DNA from: Neophaeotheca triangularis
Lineage: Eukaryota
Length of the DNA: 63,962 nt
Direction: 5' to 3'
Assembly: GCA_054600435.1 (NCBI GenBank)
Contig: BAAIJX010000044.1
Location: 124,001-187,962, forward strand
Position 1 is the stretch's first letter. Each line of letters begins with the position of its first letter. Below, in pieces: positions 24,006-35,600 of the stretch. Both the position numbers and the translations under genes were made by a program. Under the pieces are notes generated by a model. That model did no database searches. It saw only the letters and a program-made list of their open reading frames with translations, and was not told where the DNA came from.

Positions 24006-26218
24006 TTTGAGAAGTAGGTAGATAAATCCGCTGTCTCGAGAGAGACTTCCTAATAAAGGGGTCCGTCCCGAGGTTTAATCGTGACTTTTCCTTGGATTGC
24101 GTGTATAGTGATTGGTCCTCGTGTGGTTACTTTAATGTGTCCAAGGATGATCTTTCGGTCGACTAGTAGTAGGAATTTGTCGCGTGGTACTATCGTCTAT
24201 TGATCTAAGGAGTTCTGTGCTTGTTTCTTCATTTCTTATAGCATGATTTCCTCTTCTCTCTATCGCTCTTAGATGAGTTGGAATTCTCTATAGCGATCCC
24301 TGACTGTCTTAACTCGTTGTCTCATCGTGTATAGGATACGTATCCTATCTAGCGTGATGTAACCGTTCTCTCTATGGAATGTGCTTCCCATTAGTGGCCT
24401 GTCCTGGACAAAAGTGGCAGTATCGTACTCGACGTCAACTTTGTAGTAGTCCTAGAACATTGCTCGTAATCGTATGAGTATGGCTTCAAATTGGTTAGGT
24501 TCTAGGCGTCGTTTACCTTAGATCATTAGGAACACTTCTTCGTACGACCGTGCAATGTGAATGACCATTTTCTTGATTGGGTTTGGTCCGTGCACAATAA
24601 ACTCTACTACATCGTTGTCGTCTGGTTCGTCATCGTCGGTGTAGTCGTTTTCGGAGTCGTCTTCGGAATCCGTCACTGTCGTATCTTCTTGTAATCCTAG
24701 GATCTCTAGAGGCATAGATAGTCTAAAGGGGCTAATCTCCGGTGTTAGTACGATCGTAGTGAGTTCCGGTGTCTAAGATATGTCTTCATTTTCTGAGTTA
24801 GGTGTTAGTAGTGCCATCATTCTTAATGGTGCTTGGTTTTCTTGTAGTTTGTCGTCCTCCTATGCAAATAGAGGTAGGGACCTTCCTCGGGCTGCGTTGC
24901 CGTCGTCCCTTGACTACTGTAGTGGTTAGCGTCTCGACATCATGTTGAGTTCCTTCTGAGGTTTACGTAGTTGCTCAAGTTCCTCCTCTACTTTAGCCTT
25001 GATCCTATGATTTAGGTTTACTATCTGATCGGCTACTTAGACTATAAGGTTGTAGTGTTCTTCCGTCCACTCCTTATAACTAACTAAGTCGTCGTGAAAC
25101 TCTCTAAGCTTCTAGAATTGCTCGATTAGTGCGTCCGTTTCGGACATTAAGGTAACTTGTTCAATGACATTTACTTCCTTCCGAGGTTTAGTAGATAAAC
25201 CGTTAGTGATTAGTCCTTAACTCTTGTGTACCAAGTAGTAATCCCTTTCGTAAAACCTCTAGTGAAGTTCGTCGTGTTTGTCTAGGTCGTTCTTTGATCT
25301 AGTGATGTCGTAAGCTCCGCGGCTCTTATCGGTAGGAGAGTCGTTATCCTATCGGGTCAAAATCGCATTAACCTCCTGTCGTGGGCACATCTGTTTCCCA
25401 CGGTAGTCTCGTGCATAGTGCCCTATTTTGTAGTAGTTGTAGCATTCCGGTCCGTTCCGTTTCTTGCCTAGGGCGTTCTGTTTACCCCGTCCTCCATCCT
25501 TGCCTTTCCTAGGATGTTGTTACGTGGAGTCGAGTTCTATCGCATTAGGGTCGCGATGTTACTAGCTGACAGGCCGGCTGCCGGTAGCATAGCTAGTTCG
25601 TCTACGAAATTGTCTAGTATGGCGTTTTTCTATAAACCGTTCGTAGAGCGCATCGTTAACCTCGATCGCCGCCTTGATCATGCCGGCGAGAGTTGACTGA
25701 TCGCTTCCGTGACGTATAAGTTTATCCTTCACGTTGTCCTTGAGTCCTCGATAGTATATAGTCATGAGAGTATTGTCGTCCTAGTCAGTCTTGGCTAAGT
25801 GCTCTTGAAACTTAGCGGTGTACTAAGAGGTAGACGTTTTCTACGTGAGGTGTTGAATCATTCGGATAGCAACTTGTCGATCGTTGCTCAATCCGTAGAC
25901 GTTATAGATGACCTTAATAAAAGACTTCTAGTTCGAGAACAGTCCTTTAGGGTCGATTCGTTCTATAAGGAAATCTATAAGCTTTAGGCGGATCTAGTGT
26001 TAGGCTTCTCCTCGAAGGAAAGAAGCAGTAGTGAGAGGTTGCTTCTACTCACTAACGCTCTCCATGAGAAAGAACATCATCATCTAGTTGACCTAGTCGT
26101 CTAACTTGTTGCGTTTACTGTAGAAGTAATCCGGTTTAGCAACCTTATTAGTAGCTATAGTCGATACTCCTCGTTAGGTGCTAGCGACGCTTGCGTCTCG
26201 GTTATCGGATAGGGACAT
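23996..26218 (-). pseudogene. gag: gag of D
   Basis: ORF fragments 24518-24715 and 25562-25765; ATG at 26218 just downstream of the 5' LTR. Confidence 0.9.
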
Positions 26219-26258
26219 ACTTGCCTATTGATCTCTCTTTCCTAGAGGGTGTTCAAAG

Positions 26259-26693
26259 TGTTACGATCCTATAAGGTAGTCTTATAGGTAGAGCTTGTAG
26301 CGGAAGAGGAGAGATATCGAAGAAGGCTGGTAAGGGTGTTTCCTTTGTCATAAGGATCAAAGATACGTGAATAGTAGTGGTAGACCTTTCAGTAAGATTG
26401 TAACATGAGTTGAACACAAACACCTATCTAAGAAACTCGGTCATGATATATACATAGGAGATTTGTGTGATTAGTCCTGATTAGTCTTACTTAGTTATAC
26501 TGAGCACCCTGATCACTACTGAGTAGTCCTACTTAGTTGTGCTTAGTAGTCCTTAGCAGTTTAAGTAGTACTGAGCAGCTCGCTTAGTTCCGCGCTAAGC
26601 CGCTTGCTTAGTTCCCGGGCGCTCCCACTAGCCTACACTATAGTGTGCTAATCGTTTGTTAGTGTTTCCGTCACATGTGTTATGTTCGTAACA
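26259..26693 (-). repeat. 5' LTR of D
   Basis: Repeat of 19511-19945. Confidence 0.95.
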
Positions 26694-28123
26694 CTAATAT
26701 GCGTCTCTAAGACTACGAACGGCGACGTACCTAACTCCTTATCTCTACTAATATAGCGATAACCTAAGGAACCTCTACGTAATTACGAAGTGCCCTCTCC
26801 TAGCGAGTCCTCTCTACCTTTTAGGATTAGCGTTAAACTAGCGGTACTGTTTAACCGGAGTAGGAGGAAGATCTCTATACTAGTAGTCGGCCCCCGAATA
26901 GATTTTTAGGTGTCTAAACCCTTTCTAATAGAAACCTATTAATGTTAGAAAATACATCCCTCTACTAGCGTTACGCTACTATCGCTACTTACATCGCGTT
27001 TTTCTCCTAACAAAAATTCGCAATTTTTGTTAGGTAAGGTTTGTCTTATGTTATGCTAGGTAAGCTATATAAGTTAACCCTTACGAATTCTAATCTTCCT
27101 TCTATGTCCTATTCTTTTTCTATTCCTTTCCCTAATATAAACTATTCTTTTTTGTTATTAGTATAGCGTCTCATGAATCTTAGAAATATCTATAAACCCT
27201 TAGAACTTAGGAAGAATATAGCGAGGCAGTTAAGTTATATAGTGAATTTAGTATAGTTAAGCAGATTAGTATGCCGCGCGAGCGCGGACGACATTTATTG
27301 TCATATATAACTCTTAAAAAAAACACCTAAGGACCTATACACAGCGTAACTACTAGCGTATAGCAAACATAGCGTAGACAACAAAGACTACCCATATAAT
27401 GACCGACGAGTACCTAGCTTAATCCTCGTACTTCCTACCGTCATAATAGTAGCGGCTACACTTACTACGCCTAGCCTTTCTCTCGAAGTTAACCGCCTAT
27501 CTAGGAGTGTAGACATAGTACTCTACGGCCGTAGTAGTACCCTTACTATGATAGTAAGAGAACGCTAGAGCGTATAGAGTAGATACTATAGTGTCCTCCT
27601 AGATATAGCTAACATATGTAAATCGGTAGCGATTCTTAGCGGTTATGTCTATTAAAACAGTTAGCTTTTAAACACTCTAATTTTAAATAACCTTAAGGAA
27701 TTAAACTTACCGGTCTATTATATAGGGGTAAACATACGATAGAAGGAACCCGCCCTACCTATAGTAGGATAGCGCTCGATAAAGGTCGAGCTAGGGGGGC
27801 GGCTAGGAGTATAGCGTGTAGTAGGAGTTAGGGTCCTAGAGGGACTAGTAGAGGCGGTAGGAGTAGGGGTAGACGTAGGGACCCTAAAGGTAGTAGTCGG
27901 AGTAGGGGCCGGAGTCTAGAATAGACTAGTAGCGCTAGCTACGAAGAGGTCGTATAGCGGCGCTACGAAGACGCTAGGTATATAGGGGGAGGGGGCGGCC
28001 GACGAAGCGCGTACTAAGACGCTAGTAAGGGGGGGGGGACGCCTAGCTAGGAGAAGGAGAAGGGGGGGGAGACTAGTCGTCTCTACCCCTAGGAGCGAAA
28101 CTAGGCGATAGAGAGCGAGCTAG

Positions 28124-28478
28124 TATCGAGCGGCGAGAGCACTCGAGAAACTAGGAGACTAGTTTTGCTCGGGGAGGTGTTGTTCATAATAGTTGTGAAT
28201 AATGTAGTAGGATTAGGAATTAGGTGTAGTTAAGAATTAGGGATTGTTCGTAACGGTTACGAATAATGCGTTAGGGGTCAGAAATCAGTTAGGTCGGTTA
28301 TAGTGTATAGAGGCTAATTCAAGTAGTCGTAATTCATTCTATGTCTCTCTGTCTAGGTAGGTGTCTAAGATATAAGTACTAGTGTAGGGAGAGGTATAGG
28401 TATGTGAAGGGGGTAATGATAAAGCAAATACCGTAAAACCAGTATGCCTACGAATGTAGTATAGGAGTTACCATGACA
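28124..28478 (-). repeat. 3' LTR of E
   Basis: Repeat of 40037-40391 and 13531-13885; contains two copies of the palindrome motif. Confidence 0.93.
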
Positions 28479-28502
28479 TCCCTCCCTAGCTAGAAAGTCT
28501 CG

Positions 28503-31500
28503 TCACTCTATAGTAGCCGCGCTACCCTAAACCACTATTGAGTTCTCCTTATCCTACATTTCCTCTATAAGCTCCTCCTATCCTACTAGTATAGCTCCCC
28601 TCTTTCCTTTATCCTACGGTAGTAGAGCGGAGCTAGAACTTTCTAAATAGTAGAACGACTTGTTCTGAAACACCCTTTTCTCTTCGTCTCGCTAATATGC
28701 CTAGGCGAGCTCGTACGCCTTAATAGCGTCATCCCGGATTTCCTGAATATACTTCCGGACGTGATATAGGCTCTCCGTAGTAATAGTATGTAGTACTTAC
28801 TAGATATTAGGGCTCGTATACCGCAATTCGCTAATAGCTACTCTAGATAAGGCATCCTGTACTACTAGATATAGGGTCGCGGGAAATGGTACATGAGGAG
28901 CTCTATACTTAGTAGTGTAACTAGAGACACTTAATAGGCTAGGCACGAAGTCGTGGTGTGTAGTAGTAATGTCGCTCCACTTTCTACTAGCGGCATTCTA
29001 AAGGTACTCATGGTCTCGGTCGATTCCTACGAACTAGGGTAGGATAGTCATGCGTTAGCGAACGGCTTTTGACGTAGTAGTACTATAGGGTAGGCGTGGA
29101 TTAGAAACGCGAACTTCGAAGGCCTTATAAGGGACCGGCTACCACTTTAAACCCTAGGCTAAGAGCTAGTCTTTTAGTAGGTTCGTGTTATCGATAGCTA
29201 TAATCTCTTTCTTATAGTCTAGATTGTTAGCGACAAGGAAGTTCGTCTACTCCTCTAGGCGCTAGTGCATCCCCTTGACCACTATAATGTAGTCATCCTC
29301 GAACTTATTAAGGATACTAATACTACCCTAAATAGTGTACACGCTAGTGCCGTTATTCTATGTAAACACCGGGTTCAAATCGATGTGCCTAAATCTAGTA
29401 GAGTCTCTAGGGTACTAGTTCTTAGTATAATACAGGTAGGATACTAGCTAAAGTAGGCTATTATCGCGTAAGAGAGCATATAGTAAGATCAGTACCGGGC
29501 TCTAGCGAAGGTACTATTGAATTAGGCTGTAGTACATGTTCCTATACTAGCCCTAGTTAGACATGTTGTTTTATAGGTAGACATTATACATACTGAACTC
29601 GCTTTTAATTAGGTCCTTAACCTCTAGTAGCTTAGGGAATAAATCCGGAATGTTAATAGTACCGTTCCTTTCCTATTCTTTACGCTAGGTAATAGTGACG
29701 CCGAGTCCTTCTACAATCCTCGCTTTCTAGTCCGTGTCGAGGTAGCGTATCACGCCGGATTCTACTAGTTTGTACACGAAAGTCTCTAGGTCATTAACGT
29801 CGGCCGAGATCCCTAGTAGACGTTAGACTTCAGTGTTTAGAAACTAGCGGATATAGCTATAAACGATGTTTTTCTAGGATTACTTTAGGAGCTTCGCGAT
29901 ATAGTAGATGTAGTCATTAGTCTTCTTACTATCTTTCCCTTAAATAACTAACCCAAGACTCTATACTACTAGCCTTCGGTAGGTCGCGTACACGCTATAG
30001 TAGTAAGCACTATAGCTAGCGTATAAGTCTATACGATCCCTATCTTCCACGACAATATGGAAACCGGTTCGCTAGTCGTTATTAGCCTTAAGCATAACCC
30101 GTAACTATAGTAAGGCTATCTTGTCTACCTTATATGTGTATCGGCCGCCGTAGAGACTACCGCATGTAGCATTACTAGTAAACTAGGCCACCATGACTAC
30201 TCGGATCTCCTCTAGCGTTAGAGAGGGCAACTCGCTAAGCCGGGGTCCTCGTACTACTCGTGTTAGGGCTATACCTAGGGGTATAGCTAATATGCCTAGG
30301 GGCGGAGCTAACATTCCTACACTAGTAGACCGGGCATGAGTACGAGTACGAAGGGCTAAGGTAGTAGATATAGGTATAGGCGAGGGCTACGGTAGCTAGT
30401 GATATCCCTAGAGCTAGCGACGAAGCTCCTCCGACATAGACACTATAGATACTACATCCTCCTTAATCGTAGACATTAGTAGTATACTAGTGTTTCGAGA
30501 TTGCGGCTATCCTATAGGGCTTAGGGAGATAGTACTAACGAAGCGCCCTTCTCATCGTGGGGTCTCTAGGGCTTTAGGTGTCGTTAGGGTAGCGGGATAG
30601 GTAAGGAAAGAGAGCTAGCTATCCTGTCCTTAGTATAGGGCGTAGTCATTTAGGCGCATCTTTTTATATTTATCGACTAGCTCCCCTACTATGTTCTATA
30701 GCTCGTTAGTAGTCCGCTTAGTCGTAAACTTAGATACCTAGTCTATACCTACTACATGATTAAAGTCGGCCTTAGTGTAGAAGAACGCGTAGAGTAGTTT
30801 CCCTTTTCTACTAGTCAGTTGACTTATAGGAGTTTCCTTAACAAGCCTATGTATAGTCTAGATACTAGTAGTAGCATATAGCTTCTAGAACATCTACTCG
30901 GATGTCTAGGCATATTTAGCGAGATCAACGAATCCCTAGGACACATTCTCTAGAGCCATGAAGATATGGTTAATGGTTTCGGAATTGATGGCTTCGGCGG
31001 CATTGACCGGCCTATACGAAGAGAGGAAGTTCTCCTTTCGAGTAATGTATAGGTTGCAATGGCTATAGGTAGCTATGTCTTTAACCTTCCTAAACTCAGC
31101 TCTTTTCAGGGCCTATATAGGGTCGCTTCGTATATAGTTATCTACTATATATACTAACATGTCCTAGTCTTCGCCTACTTTATGTACTGTCTTAAGTATA
31201 GCGAGCTACGTAGTATCTTAGGCGCGTAAGTTAGTCATAGTAGTGATCTTTTATAGTATCTCCTTTATAGTGTTTTCAAGCTACACTCTAGAAATGCTCA
31301 AGGTGTATCGCTATATGTCGAGTGTTAGAGCTCCCTATTCGCTAGTCGCTCCTTAGGTTTAGTAGATGCTCGACTAGTTAGTAGACCTCGCTACTATAGT
31401 GTTATTAGGCGTAGACGCGGTCGCGGGCGTAGCTAAGGTAGTAGTAGGGCGCGTAGTGGCCTAGCTACTACGAGTAAGGCGAGGGCTTTTAGGAGCTACT

Positions 31501-31583
31501 AGTTCATTCGAACTACCTAATCTAGAGCTAGCTTAGGAACCCGTATGTAGGCGCTTTAGAGTAGCTACTTGCTTAGGTACTAT
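28503..31583 (-). pseudogene. Accessory ORF3 of E (~1026 aa): low-complexity N-terminus, Cys/His motif, C-terminal PhyH-like 2OG-Fe(II) dioxygenase domain
   Basis: Single frame of 3081 nt whose internal stops are revertible by single C/T or G/A transitions. De-RIP motifs: EFSMYDVHLR..GW.RNMYHSLIQQ, VSYPYYTK, FRHIDLN (HID at 29387-29379), IQGSISILDE..DDC..VVKGMH, PVPCKAFEVRVSNPRLPHG...R.R.TILPWFVG. TGA lies 25 nt before the 3' LTR. Confidence 0.8.
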
Positions 31584-31605
31584 AGTTAGTAATCTTAATC
31601 TTAAC

Positions 31606-32080
31606 TATAGGAAAAAGAGAGAGAGAGAGATGTGAAAGTAAGGAGAAGAAGAAAAGTAGAGTTAGTTACTCGGTATGTCGCGCGCTAAGATGTGTCGGGT
31701 ATCGGTGTTAGTATTAGTGTTAAAGTGAAAAGGTGTTAGTAAAGTCGTAGGTTTAGGCGAATGTGAAGTAAGGAAGTAGGTATAGGCACTAAAGGACGGA
31801 GGTGTCGGAGTAGTAGGTACTAGAGATATCGATAAGGTTAAAGAGGTCATAAAGGTTAGAGGGAGTAGCTACTTCAAGACTTGTCTAGAAGTGAAGCTGA
31901 ACTACTCGAAGGTTCTCGTAGTAGTACTAATAACAGCTAGTTAGCTAGATGTAGTATATTTAGTGTTAATGATGTCTTGGTGTGAGAAAGAGAAGAAGGA
32001 GTAATAGTAATAGTAGTGGTTACTATTAAAGAGAGAGGAGAGGTAGAGGGAGTAGAGCGGAAGAGGAGGCCTCTTTTATA
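31606..32080 (-). promoter_or_regulatory. Putative internal promoter and 3' splice acceptor for ORF3
   Basis: TATAAAAG (32080-32073) followed by a CT-rich tract; branch-like actaac (~31665), ~50-nt polypyrimidine tract and AG at ~31607, about 25 nt upstream of the ORF3 start. Confidence 0.55.
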
Positions 32081-32210
32081 GGTAGCTACGTTAGCTAGTA
32101 GAGTACGTGTTGACTACATGTTACTAACTCATGCGCTAGTGATATAAGTAGCGACTACATGTTGTTAGCCGACACGTAGCATGTAACACTAAAGTGTCAC
32201 GGAGGTAAAG

Positions 32211-32687
32211 GCATTATTTATAATAGTTACGAACAATGTGACGAGCTCGGCGCGTAACGCTAAGAATTCATAGGGTGAAGGGAGACATTATTCATAACGG
32301 ATGTGAACAATATAACGCGCCCGTAGCGATAACGCTACATCATAGGTTAGTAGTAAGCCTTATTCATAACGGATGTAAACAATGTAACTAGGCCGCGACA
32401 GCGACACTATTATAGGATTCGTAGTGTCGAGCTCAGTATTATTTATAACGGTTACGAATAATGTGACGAGCCTCGTCTACACTACTAGGACTCGCGGTGT
32501 TAGGCCTAGCATTATTCATAACGGTTACGAATAGTGTGACGAGCCTCGTCTACACTACTAGGACTCGTAGTGTTAGGCCTAGCATTGTTTATAATAGTTA
32601 CGAATAATGTGATGAGCCTCATCTATACTACTAGGACTCGCGGTATCGGGCCTAGCATTATTCATAACGGTTACGAATAATGTGGCA
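32211..32687. repeat. Array of 7 palindromic 25-27-bp repeats (CATTGTTCGTAAC-G-GTTACGAACAATG consensus) with ~45-50-bp spacers
   Basis: Cores start at 32211, 32285, 32357, 32436, 32509, 32582 and 32655 (period 72-79 bp). Confidence 0.9.
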
Positions 32688-32690
32688 ACA

Positions 32691-35600
32691 CTAATTTTCA
32701 TTAGAATCTAGGTCCCCAAATTGCTTATACTCTATTAGGTCGTACTAAATACTAGGAATCGAGATGAAACTAGTACTACTCTATCTCGGTACTAGTATAG
32801 TATTAGTAGTCGGTTGTAACCGCTAGCTCCTATGAGGCCCTTCCTATATAGCTAGGACAATGTCCTTAGGGTTAGATACGTTACCTCTAGACATCGAGTG
32901 CTACTCTTCTACTAGGTCTACGTCGTCTTTATCTTATATCGCGAGTGTATTAGGCCTTAGATAGAATAGTTTCAACAGTCGACTAGTATACGGCTTATCT
33001 AGTACTGTCCCGTCAAGCTCCTCGAGATAGTACGAGCCTATATTCTCCTAGACGGTTTTGATGCGATACGGACTAAGCTAGCGAGGGGTGAATTTACGGT
33101 TTGCCGTCATATTAGTATTACGAACCGAGTCGAATAGTAACACTAGATTACCGACATTTAACTACTCTAGCCTTATCTAATAAGTCTTATCGAAGTACTC
33201 CTTGTTGAACTTGTAGTAGTGCTATAAGCGTAGAAGGGCTTTATCTATCTTCTCATCCTAACGTTCGAGCTACTTCATCCGCGCTACTAGTAGGTCTTCC
33301 GTTGTTTAAATGCCGTTCTAGTTAATAGTGTACTAGGTTAGGAATAACAACTCTACTAGTAAGACAGGCTCCTTACTATAGATCACAGCTACTAGAGTTA
33401 TACCGGTAGTAGCTCGTATAGTAGTCCTATTAGCCTAGAGCGCGCTATAGAGTAGGTCTGGCTACGGTCGTCCGGTATCTCGACTCGCTTTAGCTAGCGC
33501 GTTAACGATAGTCAGGTAGCCTCATTCTACTATACTATTAGCTTACGGGTAATATAGCGAGATCATGATGTCTTGGATACTATATCCTTCGAGTAGGACA
33601 GTAGTCTACCCTTAGTTCTCTAGGCCTCTATTATAGACTAGTTTCCCGAACACTCTATGTCTAGTCATGATATCCTCGTAAAGGAAGCGAGCTAGCCCGC
33701 GGCTCTCGGTATTACGTAGTAGTTAGCCTTCTACCTAGCCGGACACGTCTTCCCGGGTAAGGGTAATGTACTAGAAAGTATAGGATTCTAGCATTCATAC
33801 TAGGTCGACAGCTTACTTCCTACCCACTACGTTTATGTAGATAGGGTGTAGTGGTTCTTCTAATCGGTTCTATGCGTATAGCTAACACTCCCTATAGGTT
33901 TTGACATATACTATAATAGTATTGTACATGCCTTCCTACTAGTACCTGTCTACTACTTTCTAGTATGTCCCTTCTCTTCTATAGTGACTACCCTTATCAT
34001 GAAGTCCCTTTATTATCTATAGTCGGTTCTACTCTCCGTCTATCACGCGAGTTAATAGCTAGTTCCTATTCATGTAGCGGAATAGTTAGTCGTTACGGAC
34101 TAGGAATCGTATCGCTTATCGCTTAAATGTCTAGAACTCCGATTTGGATAGGTCTATAGGCCTTCGTATAGTTATGAGCTAGTAGGCGACATTTTGCGAG
34201 TACTTAGAGTAGGTAGAGTTGAGCACATTATCGTTAGTAGGTTCCCCCTCCCTATCGGAAGGAGTCGAAGCTCTATCTTCGTCGCTTACGGGTATTAGGC
34301 CCTATACTAGGAGTAACCCTACTATATAGGTAGACACTCGATTTATGTTACTAGCATCTGTTAGGACCGGCGCTAGGGGTAGCCCTACCGCTAAGGCCGG
34401 TACTCTATTTCTACTAATAGTAGATGTTAGGCCTAGTACCGGGAGTAGCCCTACTACTAAGGTATACGGTTTGTTTTCGCGACTAGTAGGCGTTAGGCCT
34501 AGTCCTAGGGGTAGCCCTACCGAAATGCTGTCGAGATAGACGTTAACCTAGTCGTCGATGTCTTTAGTATTAGTCGGCCTATTAGACTTCTAGGATAGGC
34601 CGTTAGCGATAATGTTTTTCGTACTAGCGATGTGTCGCATGTCGAAATCAAATAGTTAAATCTAAGCTAGCTAGCGAGTTACTATAGTATTTAGCACGTC
34701 TAAGGCAACCCTATTAAGCTAGGTAACTAGCGTGTTAGCGTCTATTTCGACCACAAACCTCGTACCGTAAAGGTATAGCCGTAACCTTTTAAGAGCGATC
34801 ATTAACGCCTAGCACTCGAGCTTAACAGCATCGTATTTCTACTCGCTCTCATTCTAGAGACTACTATCGTACTAGATAACTTGTCTTTTCGCGCTAGCAA
34901 CTTCTTATTATAAGTAAAGTCCCTAGCTAGTACCGCACGTATTAACCATAAGAACTAGTTAGCCTATATCTACGCTATATTTAACTAGGGCCACAATCGG
35001 GAATTTCATTAGCTACTCTTTTAGGTCCGCTATTACTACGACTTGTTCCCGTCTCTAGATAAAAGGTACATCTTTCTACATAAGCGCAATAATCGGTCTC
35101 ATATACTATACAAATCCCTAGATCAACTATTTGTAGTATGTGTATATTCTAATGAAGCTATAAGCTTCGCGTAATGTACGACACTTAGTCTACTTAGCGA
35201 TAGCTTCAACCTTTAAGCGCGATAGCTTCGTACCGTTAGACATATATATAAAGCTGACGACCTCAAGCTCCTTAGAAAGGAAGTGCGATTTCCCTATAGC
35301 GATAGTACATCTAGCTCGCTCCATGTCCGCAAGTAGTTAGTCTAGTTTCCGGATATAGTTATAGACTAGGAGTCTAATACTAGGTAAAGGGTTAGGGTCG
35401 CCCTAGGAGTCACTACGATCGCTAATAGCGATAATGTCATCGACATATGGGATGGCGTCATGTAGATATAGTACTATGAGCATCTACATCATGACTCGGT
35501 AAAAGATGGCTACCGAGTTTATCTAGCCTATTAGTAAGGTTGTCTGCCTTAGGAGCCCTAATGGAGTCATGATGGCTATCATGTCGCGGCTTTCTTCATG

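Larger units (their letters stand above)
19511..26693 (-). mobile_element. Ty3/Gypsy chromovirus copy D (same family as A/B), inverted, in the helicase 3' end
   Basis: 435-bp LTRs at 19511-19945 (3') and 26259-26693 (5'); TSD ctaat (19506-19510 / 26694-26698); gag 26218-23996; pol ~24005-20541. Confidence 0.95.
1..27034 (+). mobile_element. Helitron-like (Rep/HUH + PIF1 helicase) element, RIP-inactivated, interrupted by LTR elements A and D; 5' end outside window, 3' end uncertain
   Basis: Three collinear RepHel segments (1-1693, 16468-19510, 26694-~26860) rejoin across the TSDs of A and D. A 13-bp perfect hairpin at 27006-27034 is a candidate 3' terminal structure. Confidence 0.8.

Noticed and set aside
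29000..29400. Calling the dioxygenase TET/JBP, AlkB or JmjC
   Set aside because: Motif context (QG.IS..D...C..V..G.H; V....P.LPHG...R) looks PhyH-like, and substrate cannot be assigned from sequence.
28503..31583. ORF3 as a retroviral-type env
   Set aside because: No signal peptide or clear transmembrane segment once RIP-induced Leu/Ile/Val bias is discounted; it has dioxygenase motifs instead.
32211..32687. True CRISPR array
   Set aside because: Eukaryotic retrotransposon context, no cas genes, three spacers are tandem duplicates, and the same repeat lies in the LTRs and pol. Kept as a palindrome array.
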